Assembly: GCA_050251055.1 (NCBI GenBank)
Contig: JBFWNL010000003.1
Coordinates: 115,105-147,104 of the forward strand
Source of the DNA: Bacteriovoracia bacterium
Lineage (GTDB): Bacteria > Bdellovibrionota > UBA1018 > JBFWNL01
Reading direction: 5' to 3'
DNA length: 32,000 nt
The notes under the pieces are model-generated. The model saw only the letters and a list, made by a program, of their open reading frames with translations, did no database searches and was not told the origin of the DNA. A program made the position numbers and the translations under genes. Below, piece by piece: positions 16,801-25,970 of this stretch; position 1 is the stretch's first letter; every line of letters starts with the position of its first letter.

Positions 16801-17652
16801 CTAACCGCCGGAGGCGCTTTGCAGCGCCTCGTGAATGCTCTTCAGCTGGGTTTCGATGCTGGCGTCGATCGCGTTCCACTCGGTTTCCACGATGCAGCCG
16901 CCACCGCGAACGTCCGCCGAAGCTTCGATACGCAGGTTCTTTGTTTCGCCCAGGTTTTTCTGGAGATCTTCCTTGAGGATCTCCAGGCTCTTCATGTCAC
17001 TGGGGTTGATCAGGATCGTGACATTTTCGCGGGTACCGATCCGTTCGATCAGCTGCGCGGCGAGCTTCGACACCACCGTGGGATCCGCTTGCAGCTCCTT
17101 TAGCAACAGCGTCTTGGCGACCTGGAATACGATCTCTACCAATACCTTTTCGTTTTCTTCGAAAATCTTGGCCTTCGCGCCCTCGAGCGACCGTAAAAGC
17201 TCGTCGAACTTCTTGACCCGATCCGTACCCTCGGCCCGAAACTTCATGAAGGCTTCTTCGTATCCTTTTTTCAGTCCTTCTTCGTACCCTCGTGCGTCGG
17301 CCTGCTTGCGTACGTCGTCCTCGACCTGCTTCACGCGATTGGTGACGCGCTCTTCGATCACCCGTTTTTCCTCTTCCTCCACCGAAAGGGGCCCGCGCAG
17401 CAACGGGTTGAGGGTGAACCGCGAATCTTTTTGAGTCTTCGCCTTGCGCTCGACGTCGGTTGCCGCCAAAGGCCCATACTTCGCCTTGATCTGGGAGTAG
17501 GTTTGGCCGCTCCGTTTGTCGAGCTTCTCCATGCGGTAAGGCTGCGGCTCCGTGGCCTGGGCCATGGGCTTCATCACCCGGACCGCCTCGGAGCTTTCTC
17601 CGGCGGCTCCCTCCGATTGCACCTGAAATGGCTGAAATTTGGTGATCGCCAT
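16801..17652 (-). CDS. fliH: Flagellar export protein FliH (FliI regulator/stator)
   Basis: 283 aa. A charged coiled-coil centre (EEEEKRVIEERVTNRVKQVEDDVRKQADARGYEEGLKKGYEEAF) is followed by a C-terminal FliH domain (ILINPSDMKSLE...GGCIVETEWNAIDASIETQL). The gene lies between fliG and fliI. Confidence 0.87.
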   Translation of the reverse strand: MAITKFQPFQVQSEGAAGESSEAVRVMKPMAQATEPQPYRMEKLDKRSGQTYSQIKAKYGPLAATDVERKAKTQKDSRFTLNPLLRGPLSVEEEEKRVIEERVTNRVKQVEDDVRKQADARGYEEGLKKGYEEAFMKFRAEGTDRVKKFDELLRSLEGAKAKIFEENEKVLVEIVFQVAKTLLLKELQADPTVVSKLAAQLIERIGTRENVTILINPSDMKSLEILKEDLQKNLGETKNLRIEASADVRGGGCIVETEWNAIDASIETQLKSIHEALQSASGG

Positions 17653-17680
17653 CGACTATGCCTTTCCCTTACGCCCGGGC

Positions 17681-18694
17681 TTACACCAGGGCGTCCGCCT
17701 CGCCGCCGCGGGCGATGAGGATCTTGCCCTCTGCCTCCAGCCGCTTGGCCACGTTGACGATTTCCTGCTGGGCCGCCTCGACGTCGGAGAGACGCACCGG
17801 TCCCATCGCTTCCAGGTCCTCGCGCAGCAAATCGGCCGCGCGCTTGGAGATGTTCTTGAAGATCTTTTCCTTGATCTCCTCGGGAGCGGTCTTGAGCGCG
17901 ATGACGAGCTTGTCGTTCGGCACTTCCTTGAGCAGCACCTGCATGCCACGGTCGTCGATGAAGATAATATCCTCGAAGACGAACATGAGCTTGCGGATTT
18001 CCTCGGCCAGCTGCGGGTCTTTTTCTTCGACGCGGGCCATGATGTTTTGCTCGGTGTTCTTATCCATGACGTTGAGCATCTCGGCGATCGGCTGCACGCC
18101 GCCCAGTTGCTGGGTGTCGATCGAACCCAAGGTCGCCAACTCTTGCTTAAGCACCTCGTCGACCTGCGCAATGAGGGTCGGCGAGATATAGTCGAGGTTT
18201 GAAATTCTGAGCACAACCTCGGTCTGGATCGCTTCCGGCAGGCGTTTGAGCACGTCGCACTTCTTGCCCGCCTCCAAGTGAGCCAGGATAAGGGCAATCG
18301 TCTGCGGGTGTTCGTTGACCAAGAAGTTCGAGAGCGTGCGCGGGTCGACCAGCTCGAGCGCCTCGAGCGTCCGGCTGCCCTCGACCACGGAAAGTTGGCC
18401 TAGCACCGTTTTCGCCCGCTCTTCGCCCAAGGTCTCTAAGACGAAGTCGCGTCCCTGCGCGTGGCCGAAGATCAGGATGTCCTGCTCCGCGATTTCGGTA
18501 TAAAAATTTTCGAGTACCTGCTTAACCAGCGGGATCGGGACTTTGGTGACCTTGCCCATGGCGGTGACCAACAACTTCACGTCGTTGTCCTTCATGTTCT
18601 TGAAGACCTGGGCCGTGACGTGATTGCCCAAGACGTTGAGCAATACCGCCGCCTTCTCCATCCCCGTCATGCTGGCTAACGCATCCGCGCTCAT
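17681..18694 (-). CDS. fliG: Flagellar rotor/switch protein FliG
   Basis: 337 aa. GMEKAAVLLNVLGNHVTAQVFKNM..., the EHPQTIALILAHL motif, MFVFEDI, and the C-terminal torque-helix region RAADLLREDLEAMGPVRLSDVEAAQQEIV. Confidence 0.96.
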   Translation of the reverse strand: MSADALASMTGMEKAAVLLNVLGNHVTAQVFKNMKDNDVKLLVTAMGKVTKVPIPLVKQVLENFYTEIAEQDILIFGHAQGRDFVLETLGEERAKTVLGQLSVVEGSRTLEALELVDPRTLSNFLVNEHPQTIALILAHLEAGKKCDVLKRLPEAIQTEVVLRISNLDYISPTLIAQVDEVLKQELATLGSIDTQQLGGVQPIAEMLNVMDKNTEQNIMARVEEKDPQLAEEIRKLMFVFEDIIFIDDRGMQVLLKEVPNDKLVIALKTAPEEIKEKIFKNISKRAADLLREDLEAMGPVRLSDVEAAQQEIVNVAKRLEAEGKILIARGGEADALV

Positions 18695-18706
18695 AGCACC
18701 CTCTCC

Positions 18707-20395
18707 TTACGCGGTTTTATCCGCGCCGTCCTTAGCTTCTTCGCCTTCCGGCGCCTTCTTCTCCCCGCGTACCCAGTCGCGAAGGATCAACGCCGCTTTG
18801 TGCGGATTGGCGTCGACCAAGGTTACGATCTTCTCCTTGATCATCTCGCCTTCGATTTTTTCCGGGTCAATCTGCTCTGGCAACTCCGGGACGACTTCGT
18901 CTACCGGCAGATTTTGGGCTTTCTGCAACTTCTCAAGCTCCTCGATCGTCTGCGGCAAGAACGTGTCCACGCTGTCGGTGGTGTTCTCGGTGACCCACTT
19001 GATGAACGGGCGAATGACGAACAGGAAGAACAAGATGATCAACAGGCCGATGACGGAGTAAACCATCATGTTCTGGAGATAGCTGCGACGCTCGCTGTCT
19101 TGGATCTGCTTTTCAGCCTCCGAGAAGTCCGCGCGGTTGAATTCCATGTTCTTGATCTGGATCGTGTCCCCTCGTTTGGGGTTTAAGCCCACGGCGCCCG
19201 CGATGATCTGCTCGAACTCCTTCAACTTATCTTCCGACCACGGTTCCACCTTCGCCTTCGCGTCGGGCTTCTCCGGATCTTTTACCTGTCGGCCATCGAC
19301 CACCACGGAAACCGAGAGCCGCGAGACCGTTCCGGACGGTTTCCGCGTCTGGCGGATGGTCTGCGGTACCTCGAAATTCGTCGTTTCGTGGACCTTCTGG
19401 GTATCCGTCTTGACTTGCGCGGCTTGCACGCCCGGCTGCTCGCCGGGGGTATTCGCGCGAACGCCGGCTACCCCGCCCGGCGCGGGACGGCTACCGGACA
19501 TCGAATCGTTATTTTTATAGGCCGAACGCACCGCGGAACCGTCGGCGTCGAAAGTCGTCTGGGTCTCGCTCACCTGGGAAAAATCCAGCTCCGCGCTCAC
19601 GCGGGCGACGACGTGCCCTTCGCCCACGACGGGAGACAGCATCTCCTCAACCCGCTTCTCCATGCTTTCTTCGAGCTTCCGGCGAAAATCAAGCTGGGTG
19701 GCGCTGGCTTGCACCAGCGGGTCACGCGTATTTTCGGAAAGAGTCCGCCCCGTCGAGTCAACGATCACGACCTTGCCGATATCTAGGCCTTCGACGGCGC
19801 TGGCGACAAGATTTCCGATGCCAAAAACTTGCTTCTCCGAAAGACGAACGCTGGGCTCGAGGTCGAGCACCACCGAAGCGGTCGGCTCCTTCTGATCCTG
19901 AATGAACGTGCTTTCCTTAGGGATAGCGAGGTGCACGCGCGCACGTTTCACGCCTTTGATGGCGCCGATCGTCCGCATCAGCTCGCCTTCTTTCGCGCGC
20001 AGCATGTTGATGCGTTGGACGAGACTAGTGGTCCCTAGGGACTGGTGGTCGAACACCTCATAACCCACGACGCTCGATTGCGGCAATCCCAAGGTCGCCA
20101 GCTCCATGCGCAGGTCGAACACGCTCTCCGGCGGAATCTCGATATTGCGTCCACTCTGGTCCACCTTGAAGGGGATCTGCTTTTGGCGCAGGACGCGCAT
20201 GACGTTGGCGGAGTCCTCCGGGTTGAGGTTGGTCATCAAGGGTCGGTAAGTCTGACTGCCCGCCCATTGGAACATCGCGAACACCCCGGCCAGCACCGCC
20301 ACGGACACCACGCCTAACGCAAGCTTGCGACCCGGGCTCAGCGCCGTGAAAAACTCGCCCAGCTGCCGAAAAACTTTCTTGAAATACTCGGTCAC
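18707..20395 (-). CDS. fliF: Flagellar MS-ring protein FliF
   Basis: 562 aa. N-terminal TM (LALGVVSVAVLAGVFAMF). YscJ/FliF ring-building motifs (LMTNLNPEDSANVMRVLRQKQIPFKVD..., ELMRTIGAIKGVKRARVHLAIPK). A second TM near residue 445. C-terminal FliG-binding tail. Confidence 0.96.
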   Translation of the reverse strand: MTEYFKKVFRQLGEFFTALSPGRKLALGVVSVAVLAGVFAMFQWAGSQTYRPLMTNLNPEDSANVMRVLRQKQIPFKVDQSGRNIEIPPESVFDLRMELATLGLPQSSVVGYEVFDHQSLGTTSLVQRINMLRAKEGELMRTIGAIKGVKRARVHLAIPKESTFIQDQKEPTASVVLDLEPSVRLSEKQVFGIGNLVASAVEGLDIGKVVIVDSTGRTLSENTRDPLVQASATQLDFRRKLEESMEKRVEEMLSPVVGEGHVVARVSAELDFSQVSETQTTFDADGSAVRSAYKNNDSMSGSRPAPGGVAGVRANTPGEQPGVQAAQVKTDTQKVHETTNFEVPQTIRQTRKPSGTVSRLSVSVVVDGRQVKDPEKPDAKAKVEPWSEDKLKEFEQIIAGAVGLNPKRGDTIQIKNMEFNRADFSEAEKQIQDSERRSYLQNMMVYSVIGLLIILFFLFVIRPFIKWVTENTTDSVDTFLPQTIEELEKLQKAQNLPVDEVVPELPEQIDPEKIEGEMIKEKIVTLVDANPHKAALILRDWVRGEKKAPEGEEAKDGADKTA

Positions 20396-20427
20396 TTTAC
20401 GCTCCTATTTCCTAAAATTACCCGCTA

Positions 20428-20844
20428 CTAAACCTGCATCCTCATGATTTCGCGGTAGGCGTCGAGCACCTTGTTCCGCACCTGCATCATGAGTTTCAAC
20501 GACATTTCCGCCTTCTCCACGGCGAGCATCGTTTCATGCACATTCTTCGTTCGACCCGCGATAAGCTCCTTCATCGCGCTGTCCGCCTGCACCTGCGTCG
20601 AATTCACGTTTTCGAGCGTCCGCTGCAACATCTGCGCGAACCCGTCGGTCATGCCGCCTTTGGCGGCGGCCGGGTCGACGGCGCCGGGAGCGCCCATCAA
20701 TCCTTCGAGACCATCCGATACCTGCATGCCTTGGCGACGCATCTCCTCCATCACGCGGCGGTCGCTCATGGGCGAGGTGCCGCCCAAAGCGTCACCCTTC
20801 CAACCGCTCAGCTGATCGATGTTCTCCAACCGTAAATCGTTCAT
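20428..20844 (-). CDS. fliE: Flagellar hook-basal body protein FliE (N-terminally extended)
   Basis: The C-terminal FAQMLQRTLENVNSTQVQADSAMKELIAGRTKNVHETMLAVEKAEMSLKLMMQVRNKVLDAYREIMRMQV is the FliE domain. At 138 aa the protein is ~35-40 aa longer than typical. TAATG overlap with flgC. Confidence 0.9.
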   Translation of the reverse strand: MNDLRLENIDQLSGWKGDALGGTSPMSDRRVMEEMRRQGMQVSDGLEGLMGAPGAVDPAAAKGGMTDGFAQMLQRTLENVNSTQVQADSAMKELIAGRTKNVHETMLAVEKAEMSLKLMMQVRNKVLDAYREIMRMQV

Positions 20845-21287
20845 TATCTACCGATCTCCAACGCTTTTTGGGCCATGGCCTTGGCCGCGTTCAACGTGTT
20901 CACGTTGGCGTCGTAAGAACGCTGGGCGCTGATCATATTCGCCATTTCCTCGACCGTGTTGACGTTCGGCATGGCGACATACCCTTCCTCGTTGGCGTCC
21001 GGGTGCGAGGGGTTGTAGACCATCCGCGGAGGACGCGTATCCTCGGCGATTTCGGTCACCTGCACGCCCTGGACGTTTTCATCCATGGCCGACTGAAGAA
21101 TCTCGCCGAAGCTCTCCCGATCGACCTGCGCCTCCAAGACCGGATCGCGCCGTTTGTAGGGGGCGATATTCCCGTCGGCGTCGCGGGTGGTTTCCGCGTT
21201 GGCCACGTTGCTCGAAATCGTATTTAGCCGCTTGGTTTGGGCTTCCAAACCGGAAGCGCTCACGCGCATGGACGAGAAGAAATCCAT
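20844..21287 (-). CDS. flgC: Proximal rod protein FlgC
   Basis: MRVSASGLEAQTKRLNTISSNVANAETTR and the C-terminal VEEMANMISAQRSYDANVNTLNAAKAMAQKALEIGR are FlgC signatures. Confidence 0.96.
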   Translation of the reverse strand: MDFFSSMRVSASGLEAQTKRLNTISSNVANAETTRDADGNIAPYKRRDPVLEAQVDRESFGEILQSAMDENVQGVQVTEIAEDTRPPRMVYNPSHPDANEEGYVAMPNVNTVEEMANMISAQRSYDANVNTLNAAKAMAQKALEIGR

Positions 21288-21703
21288 TAGTTGCTACCTC
21301 CGCCTTCCGAGATCCCGTACTTCAGCATTCCGAGCTTCTTTTTGAGTAGCTCCACGGACGCGTTGTACATGATTTGGTTTTCCGTGGATTTGGCCATCTC
21401 GGCGGAGCGATCGACGGTGTTCCCGTCGAGCGATTCCACCCCGTTGGGGTCCTCCACGATTTCAGGATGAATGGGGTCGAGTTCCTTCGGAACCTGGTGT
21501 CCCGCGTGCGTCTGCTCGGGCCGAATCCCTTCGCCGACGTCAAGCGCTTCCCGTAACGCGGTCTCGAACTCCAGCTTCTTCGCCTTGTAATTCGGCGTGT
21601 CCGCGTTTGCGATGTTCGAGTTGATCACGTTCTGATTCACCATCCGCGCGTTCAAAGACGTATTCAGCGCGCCGATGGTGGAATCGAAAAGCTTATTGGA
21701 CAT
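21287..21703 (-). CDS. flgB: Proximal rod protein FlgB
   Basis: LNARMVNQNVINSNIANADTPNYKAKKLEFE and the C-terminal NQIMYNASVELLKKKLGMLKYGI are FlgB signatures. GAAGGGGGA Shine-Dalgarno. Confidence 0.95.
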   Translation of the reverse strand: MSNKLFDSTIGALNTSLNARMVNQNVINSNIANADTPNYKAKKLEFETALREALDVGEGIRPEQTHAGHQVPKELDPIHPEIVEDPNGVESLDGNTVDRSAEMAKSTENQIMYNASVELLKKKLGMLKYGISEGGGSN

Positions 21704-21724
21704 AGTCCCCCTTCAACCCAATAT

Positions 21725-21739
21725 TCAAGTTACATGCCG
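21725..21739 (-). promoter_or_regulatory. Weak sigma-54-like element upstream of flgB
   Basis: The minus strand reads cGGCATgtaacTTGAa. GG and TTG are correctly spaced, but the invariant -12 GC is GA. It lies only ~21 nt before the flgB ATG, implying a very short leader. Confidence 0.25.
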
Positions 21740-21844
21740 CGTTCGCCGATACTCAGCGCGGCATTACGCGGTAACGAAAATACTTTTCCCCCTAGAACTA
21801 GGCGTTTTTTTCCGCCACGTTCACGTCCGGGTAAAACCTGCCGA

Positions 21845-22810
21845 CTAGACCTGAATGCCGATCTTGCGGTAATCCGAAAGCTTATTACGCAAGGTACGAA
21901 TCGAGATACCCAACGCCCGCGCCGTGTGCGTGCGGTTTCCGTTGTGGTACTGCAACGCCTCGAGAATCACGGAGCGCTCGATGTCGTTCAGCGTCTGACC
22001 TGGATTCCAGCTATAGCTTTCCGATCCCTCTTCGCCGGCCGCCAAGCCCGCGGCATCTTCGCGGTACTCGATCATGATGTCGCCATGGCCGATGGACGCG
22101 TCTTTGGCCGTGATGATCGAACGCTCGATCACGTTTGCGAGCTCACGAATATTACCCGGCCAGGCGTAAGCTTCGAGCTTAGCGAGGGCTTCCGGGGAGA
22201 ACGGTAGCGCGGGCCGACCATTTTTCTGCGAATACTGACCCACGAAGTACTCCGCGAGGTTCTTCACGTCGCCAATGCGGTCACGCAGCGGAGGCAAGGT
22301 GAGGTTTACCACGTTCAGGCGGTAATACAGGTCTTCGCGGAAAGTGCCTTCGGTAACGCAGCTAGCAAGATTCTTGTTCGTCGTCGCGATGATGCGGACG
22401 TCCACGGCGATGGGTTTACGGCCGCCGATCCGATCCACTTCGCCTTCTTGGATCACGCGCAATAGTTTCGCTTGGAGACGGATGTCCATCTCGGAAATTT
22501 CATCGAGCAGCAACGTGCCGCCGTTGGCGATTTCGAACTTACCCGCTTTGGCGTTCACGGCACCCGTGAAGGCCCCCCGCTCATGGCCAAACAGTTCCGA
22601 CTCGAGCAGATTTTCCGGTATCGCGGCGCAGTTGATCGCCACGAAGGGACGGTTGGCACGCGAGCTGTTCTGATGGATCAGGTTCGCCATCACTTCCTTG
22701 CCCGTGCCGCTTTCGCCCTGGATCAGCACGGTGGCCTTGCTCTGGGCGACCGTCTTCGCCAATTGAATCATCTCGCTCATCTTACGGTCCGCAGTGATCA
22801 GATCGTTCAT
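21845..22810 (-). CDS. Sigma-54-dependent transcriptional activator (AAA+ plus Fis-type HTH only; no receiver or sensory domain)
   Basis: Walker [12 protein letters not shown] begins ~30 aa from the N-terminus. [15 protein letters not shown] is the GAFTGA sigma-54 contact loop. The C-terminal HTH reads [21 protein letters not shown]. The start is set at ATG 22810, which has GGGAGGG 5 nt upstream. The ORF-track TTG at 22840 adds only 10 aa. Confidence 0.9.
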   Translation of the reverse strand: MNDLITADRKMSEMIQLAKTVAQSKATVLIQGESGTGKEVMANLIHQNSSRANRPFVAINCAAIPENLLESELFGHERGAFTGAVNAKAGKFEIANGGTLLLDEISEMDIRLQAKLLRVIQEGEVDRIGGRKPIAVDVRIIATTNKNLASCVTEGTFREDLYYRLNVVNLTLPPLRDRIGDVKNLAEYFVGQYSQKNGRPALPFSPEALAKLEAYAWPGNIRELANVIERSIITAKDASIGHGDIMIEYREDAAGLAAGEEGSESYSWNPGQTLNDIERSVILEALQYHNGNRTHTARALGISIRTLRNKLSDYRKIGIQV

Positions 22811-22841
22811 CTTTACCCTCCCTGGTAAAATCGGTAACAAA

Positions 22842-25703
22842 TTAGTTTTCCGTTCTCTCTAACGCTTCCTGCGCTAATTTCTTCCAAGCGACGTCGCCGT
22901 CTTTGGTGCCTAGAATTTCCTTTAATGTCTGTACGGCCTTTTCCCGGTCATTCTCCTTGCCGGTTTTTCCCAGCACGCGGGCATAGCCGTAAAGCAGCTG
23001 GTCGTTACGCGCGCCCTGGGCAATCGCGTTCGCGAAAGCGCCGGCGGAGTCGGCGTAGTTCGCCGTGCGCTCCAACAACTCCGCTTCCTTGATAAAAAGT
23101 TCGGCCAAGCTCGGCAGACGGGGCACGCCCATGCCGACCAAGCCACGATTCGAATCCGGCGCGGCGGCCGCGAGCTTACGCTCGGCATCTTTAGAAGAAA
23201 TCGCCGGACCTTCCGGGTAGCCGGCGCGAATTTCCTGAATCGACTTGATGGCGCCGGGCAGATTCCCCGCCTTTTCCTGCAACGTCGCCACCCAGTAATC
23301 CAGCTGGCGATCGATCGTGGCTGAGCGCTTCGCGAAAAGCAGCTTAGCGCGCGCTACTCGGGTCATCGCCCGCTCCGGCTGGCCCTTGCGCTCGTCCATT
23401 AAGGCGTTCAAAACCTCTTTTTCCTGTGAATAAGGCGAGTCTTCGGAAACGCGGCCCAGGTAAGTACGAAGCTTCTCTTCCCACTTCAAGCCCCCGTCCA
23501 ACCAAAGCGCCTTAGCGTGGGTGAAAGCTTCTTCAGAACGGCGAAAGCGCTCGGTGACGTCGTCGTCCGCGGGATCCAAACCCGCGCCGCCAGCCGAGGT
23601 AGCGAGCTGGCGCCCATCCTTGGCGCTCCCGGTTTCGCCCTTCGCCTCGGTTGACGTACCCAGTCGCTTTTCGTAGGTGGAAACGATCTTCAAGGAAAGC
23701 GAGCCCAGCCCCAGATCGGAAGCCGCCTGCGCCAGCTTCAGCAAATAGTCCGACGTGATGGGGTCCTTATCACCCGGGACGATCGCGGCATACTTGTCGT
23801 AGAACGAAAGCGCCGCGAGCTGGTTTCCCGCGTCCAGGCGCTTCAAGATCTCTTTGCGGAATACGAAGCGGGAGAAATCGCTTAAGATCTCCCGCGCCGT
23901 CTGCCCAACGCGTCCCCGGAAGATCTCGGCGATCGTCTCGACGGCTTCGCCCTCGTAACCCATCATGACCAGCGTCCGCACGCGCGAGAGCGCGAGCAGA
24001 TCAGGGTAGTCATTCATCCACACCTGACTGGCGGCCAACGTCGAAGCAGCGAAGGCTTTAGCGTCACCCTCAAAATACTTTTTAGCGCCCTCATAAGTGA
24101 ACCCTCCGTGATCGCCGCAGGGAAGCAAGCGCAGCCGAGCGAGGGTCGCGCCCGGACTGATCGGGTGGTTATTCACGGTTTGATAGAGCCATTTACGAGC
24201 CTCGGCCTTGGCGCCGACTTCCGAATGCCGGTCATAGATCTCCGCCAACCGGTAAGAAGCCATCCAGCCCGCGCGATGCGAAGGGAAGCGGGTCAAGAAC
24301 GCTTTGAACTCCTCCTCCGCACGATCAAACTGCCCCAGCCAGTAAATCGCCTCCGCGCGATTCAGGTACACCTCCGGCAAGGTCGCGGCTTCTTTCTCGA
24401 AGTGCTTGAGGCCCGTGAAGTAGGCGGCGAGCGCCTGGGCGTATTGCTGGCGCTCAAGATAGAGGTCCCCGATGCTCAGGCCCGCGCGGGCACGCACGAC
24501 GGGGTCCTGCGCATTTTCGGCCACCCACTGATACTCCTCCGCGGCCCGAGCGGTCTGCTTCAGCATGAACAGGCACTCGGCCGAGGCCAACCGAAAGAGC
24601 CAGTTGAGCCGGTGGCTAGGATAGTTACGCGATAGACTAATGAAGTTCTCAAGGGCAGCCAGGTACTCGGCGTTTTGATAACGTTTGGCCGCCACGAATA
24701 ACCCAGCATGCAGCCCTACCGGAGAACCCTTCGCAGTGACCGAAAGATCATGGAAGATGCGGTTCGCGTCGTCCTGCAGCCCCAGCTTCACGAGCGCGTT
24801 GCCCCGCAAGAAATGCATTTCATTACGATAGGACGACTTGGGGTATTCCGTGTCGAGGAACTCGATCGTCCGGATGGCTAGCGCGGGCTTGCCCTGGCGG
24901 TAAAGGGACAACGCCAGGCGCACGTATTGGGCGTCTTTTTCGTCGCCCTTTGGCTCGAGGTACGGATAATCGCTATCGGGGGTCGTTAGCGAGAACCACT
25001 TCCCGAAATCGATCGGCACATGAACCGCCCGGAAGCGCACGAAGATGTCGTTCTGGGTGTTGACGGGTTCTTGACAGTATTTTTGGGTGTCCGCCGCATC
25101 GAGCTCCTTCTTCAAGGTGGCGATGCGCCGCTGCACCTGGCGCTTGGCTTTTTCTTCGGATTTCTTTCGAAGCGTGTATTTTTTGGCGCGCTCTCGTTCG
25201 GCCACCACTTGGGCATGCGTGGGACCCGGCTTCACCCAAAAATCGACCACGAATCGAGACGGGGTCTTTTCCCGGAACTCGAAAGTTTCCATCTGGGGCT
25301 GAAACGGAGCTTCCGGCCCGGTGGGAAACTTCCACGCGCCGGTCACCACCACTCCCGCCTCGGTTTCCGCTACTTTCAGATCGCCCAGGCGGGCGTCCCT
25401 TAAGTCGCTCAATCCCGTCAACCAACGCGCTTCCCCACCAAAGGGAGCCCCCAGATCCACGAGCCCCAGCTCCTTGAAGACCAGTTCGAACCCCTGGGCG
25501 GTGCTTCTCCACTCCGCCTTCACGCCGGAATCAACCCGGAAGACCAGTCGGGAGTGAGTATTGAAAGTTTGGATGGAGATGGCGCGATCGGTCCAGGCTG
25601 GGGCCCCGTGCGCGAACGCCGGCGCCAACGCCATGACAAAGATCAGAAGGTAACGTACCCAGTTGAAGAGCATCCTGCTCATGTTCCTCAGTTTTCGCCC
25701 CAC
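22842..25703 (-). CDS. Large secreted protein: N-terminal beta-rich (AMIN-like) domain, basic coiled linker, long TPR/helical-repeat array
   Basis: 953-aa ORF with GTG at 25703; alternative ATGs at 25682 and 25673. Signal peptide [17 protein letters not shown]. Beta-rich region [36 protein letters not shown]...SRFVVDFWV. Charged helix [33 protein letters not shown]. Then many TPR-like units, for example [51 protein letters not shown] and [26 protein letters not shown]. Its stop lies 1-30 nt from the activator gene start. Confidence 0.8.
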   Translation of the reverse strand: MGRKLRNMSRMLFNWVRYLLIFVMALAPAFAHGAPAWTDRAISIQTFNTHSRLVFRVDSGVKAEWRSTAQGFELVFKELGLVDLGAPFGGEARWLTGLSDLRDARLGDLKVAETEAGVVVTGAWKFPTGPEAPFQPQMETFEFREKTPSRFVVDFWVKPGPTHAQVVAERERAKKYTLRKKSEEKAKRQVQRRIATLKKELDAADTQKYCQEPVNTQNDIFVRFRAVHVPIDFGKWFSLTTPDSDYPYLEPKGDEKDAQYVRLALSLYRQGKPALAIRTIEFLDTEYPKSSYRNEMHFLRGNALVKLGLQDDANRIFHDLSVTAKGSPVGLHAGLFVAAKRYQNAEYLAALENFISLSRNYPSHRLNWLFRLASAECLFMLKQTARAAEEYQWVAENAQDPVVRARAGLSIGDLYLERQQYAQALAAYFTGLKHFEKEAATLPEVYLNRAEAIYWLGQFDRAEEEFKAFLTRFPSHRAGWMASYRLAEIYDRHSEVGAKAEARKWLYQTVNNHPISPGATLARLRLLPCGDHGGFTYEGAKKYFEGDAKAFAASTLAASQVWMNDYPDLLALSRVRTLVMMGYEGEAVETIAEIFRGRVGQTAREILSDFSRFVFRKEILKRLDAGNQLAALSFYDKYAAIVPGDKDPITSDYLLKLAQAASDLGLGSLSLKIVSTYEKRLGTSTEAKGETGSAKDGRQLATSAGGAGLDPADDDVTERFRRSEEAFTHAKALWLDGGLKWEEKLRTYLGRVSEDSPYSQEKEVLNALMDERKGQPERAMTRVARAKLLFAKRSATIDRQLDYWVATLQEKAGNLPGAIKSIQEIRAGYPEGPAISSKDAERKLAAAAPDSNRGLVGMGVPRLPSLAELFIKEAELLERTANYADSAGAFANAIAQGARNDQLLYGYARVLGKTGKENDREKAVQTLKEILGTKDGDVAWKKLAQEALERTEN

Positions 25704-25753
25704 GCACCCGCCATCCTGACGAGCCCGTAAGCTATTGCCACGGAAATAAACAA

Positions 25754-25769
25754 AGCAAACCCAGTGCCA
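25754..25769 (-). promoter_or_regulatory. Consensus sigma-54 (-24/-12) promoter for the TPR-activator(-flgB...) operon
   Basis: The minus strand reads TGGCAC-TGGGT-TTGCT, a full match to TGGCAC-N5-TTGC(A/T). It lies 52 nt upstream of GTG 25703, in the correct orientation, in a 267-nt divergent intergenic region. Confidence 0.75.
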
Positions 25770-25866
25770 ACTTTTTTCCTAGCGACGACTTTGCCCAATC
25801 CGTTGTTACCGCTAGGCATTTTCAAATCGGCAAAACCTTCAGGCCACGCGCGGACTCGCGGTTTTT

Positions 25867-25879
25867 TGACCCTCCGTCA
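25867..25879. promoter_or_regulatory. Palindrome TGAC-N5-GTCA about 100 bp upstream of the sigma-54 promoter (candidate activator binding site)
   Basis: TGACcctccGTCA sits at the distance typical of enhancer sites for sigma-54 activators. There is a single copy only. Confidence 0.25.
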
Positions 25880-25960
25880 GAAAGGGCCACAATTCCGGCG
25901 AGGAATTTGACGACCTTGCGGTGCACATGACCGTTGATTCCACCGGCGAATTACCATAGA

Positions 25961-25966
25961 TATAAT
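25961..25966 (+). promoter_or_regulatory. Perfect TATAAT -10 box 4 nt before the lipoprotein ATG
   Basis: The sequence reads ccatagaTATAATagatATG. There is no Shine-Dalgarno and no good -35 (TTCCAC at 17-nt spacing; TTGATT at 21 nt). Confidence 0.3.
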
Positions 25967-25970
25967 AGAT

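Noticed and set aside
21744-21751. GCCGATAC on the plus strand, and GCCGATAA on the minus strand at about 7171-7180. Both resemble the sigma-28 -10 box.
   Set aside because: Neither has a TAAA-type -35 at 15-nt spacing. The first faces away from any gene. The second is inside flgE coding sequence (encoding KADKN).
21791-21811. CCTAG-aa-CTAGG followed by CGTTTTTTT on the plus strand, which looks like a small terminator.
   Set aside because: A 2-nt loop cannot form a stable hairpin, and no plus-strand gene ends upstream of it. On the relevant minus strand the T run becomes an A run.
25725-25741. GTGGCAATAGCTTACGG on the minus strand as a second sigma-54 promoter close to the TPR gene start.
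   Set aside because: The -12 position reads TTAC/CG instead of TTGC. The perfect element 30 nt further upstream (25754-25769) is much the better candidate.
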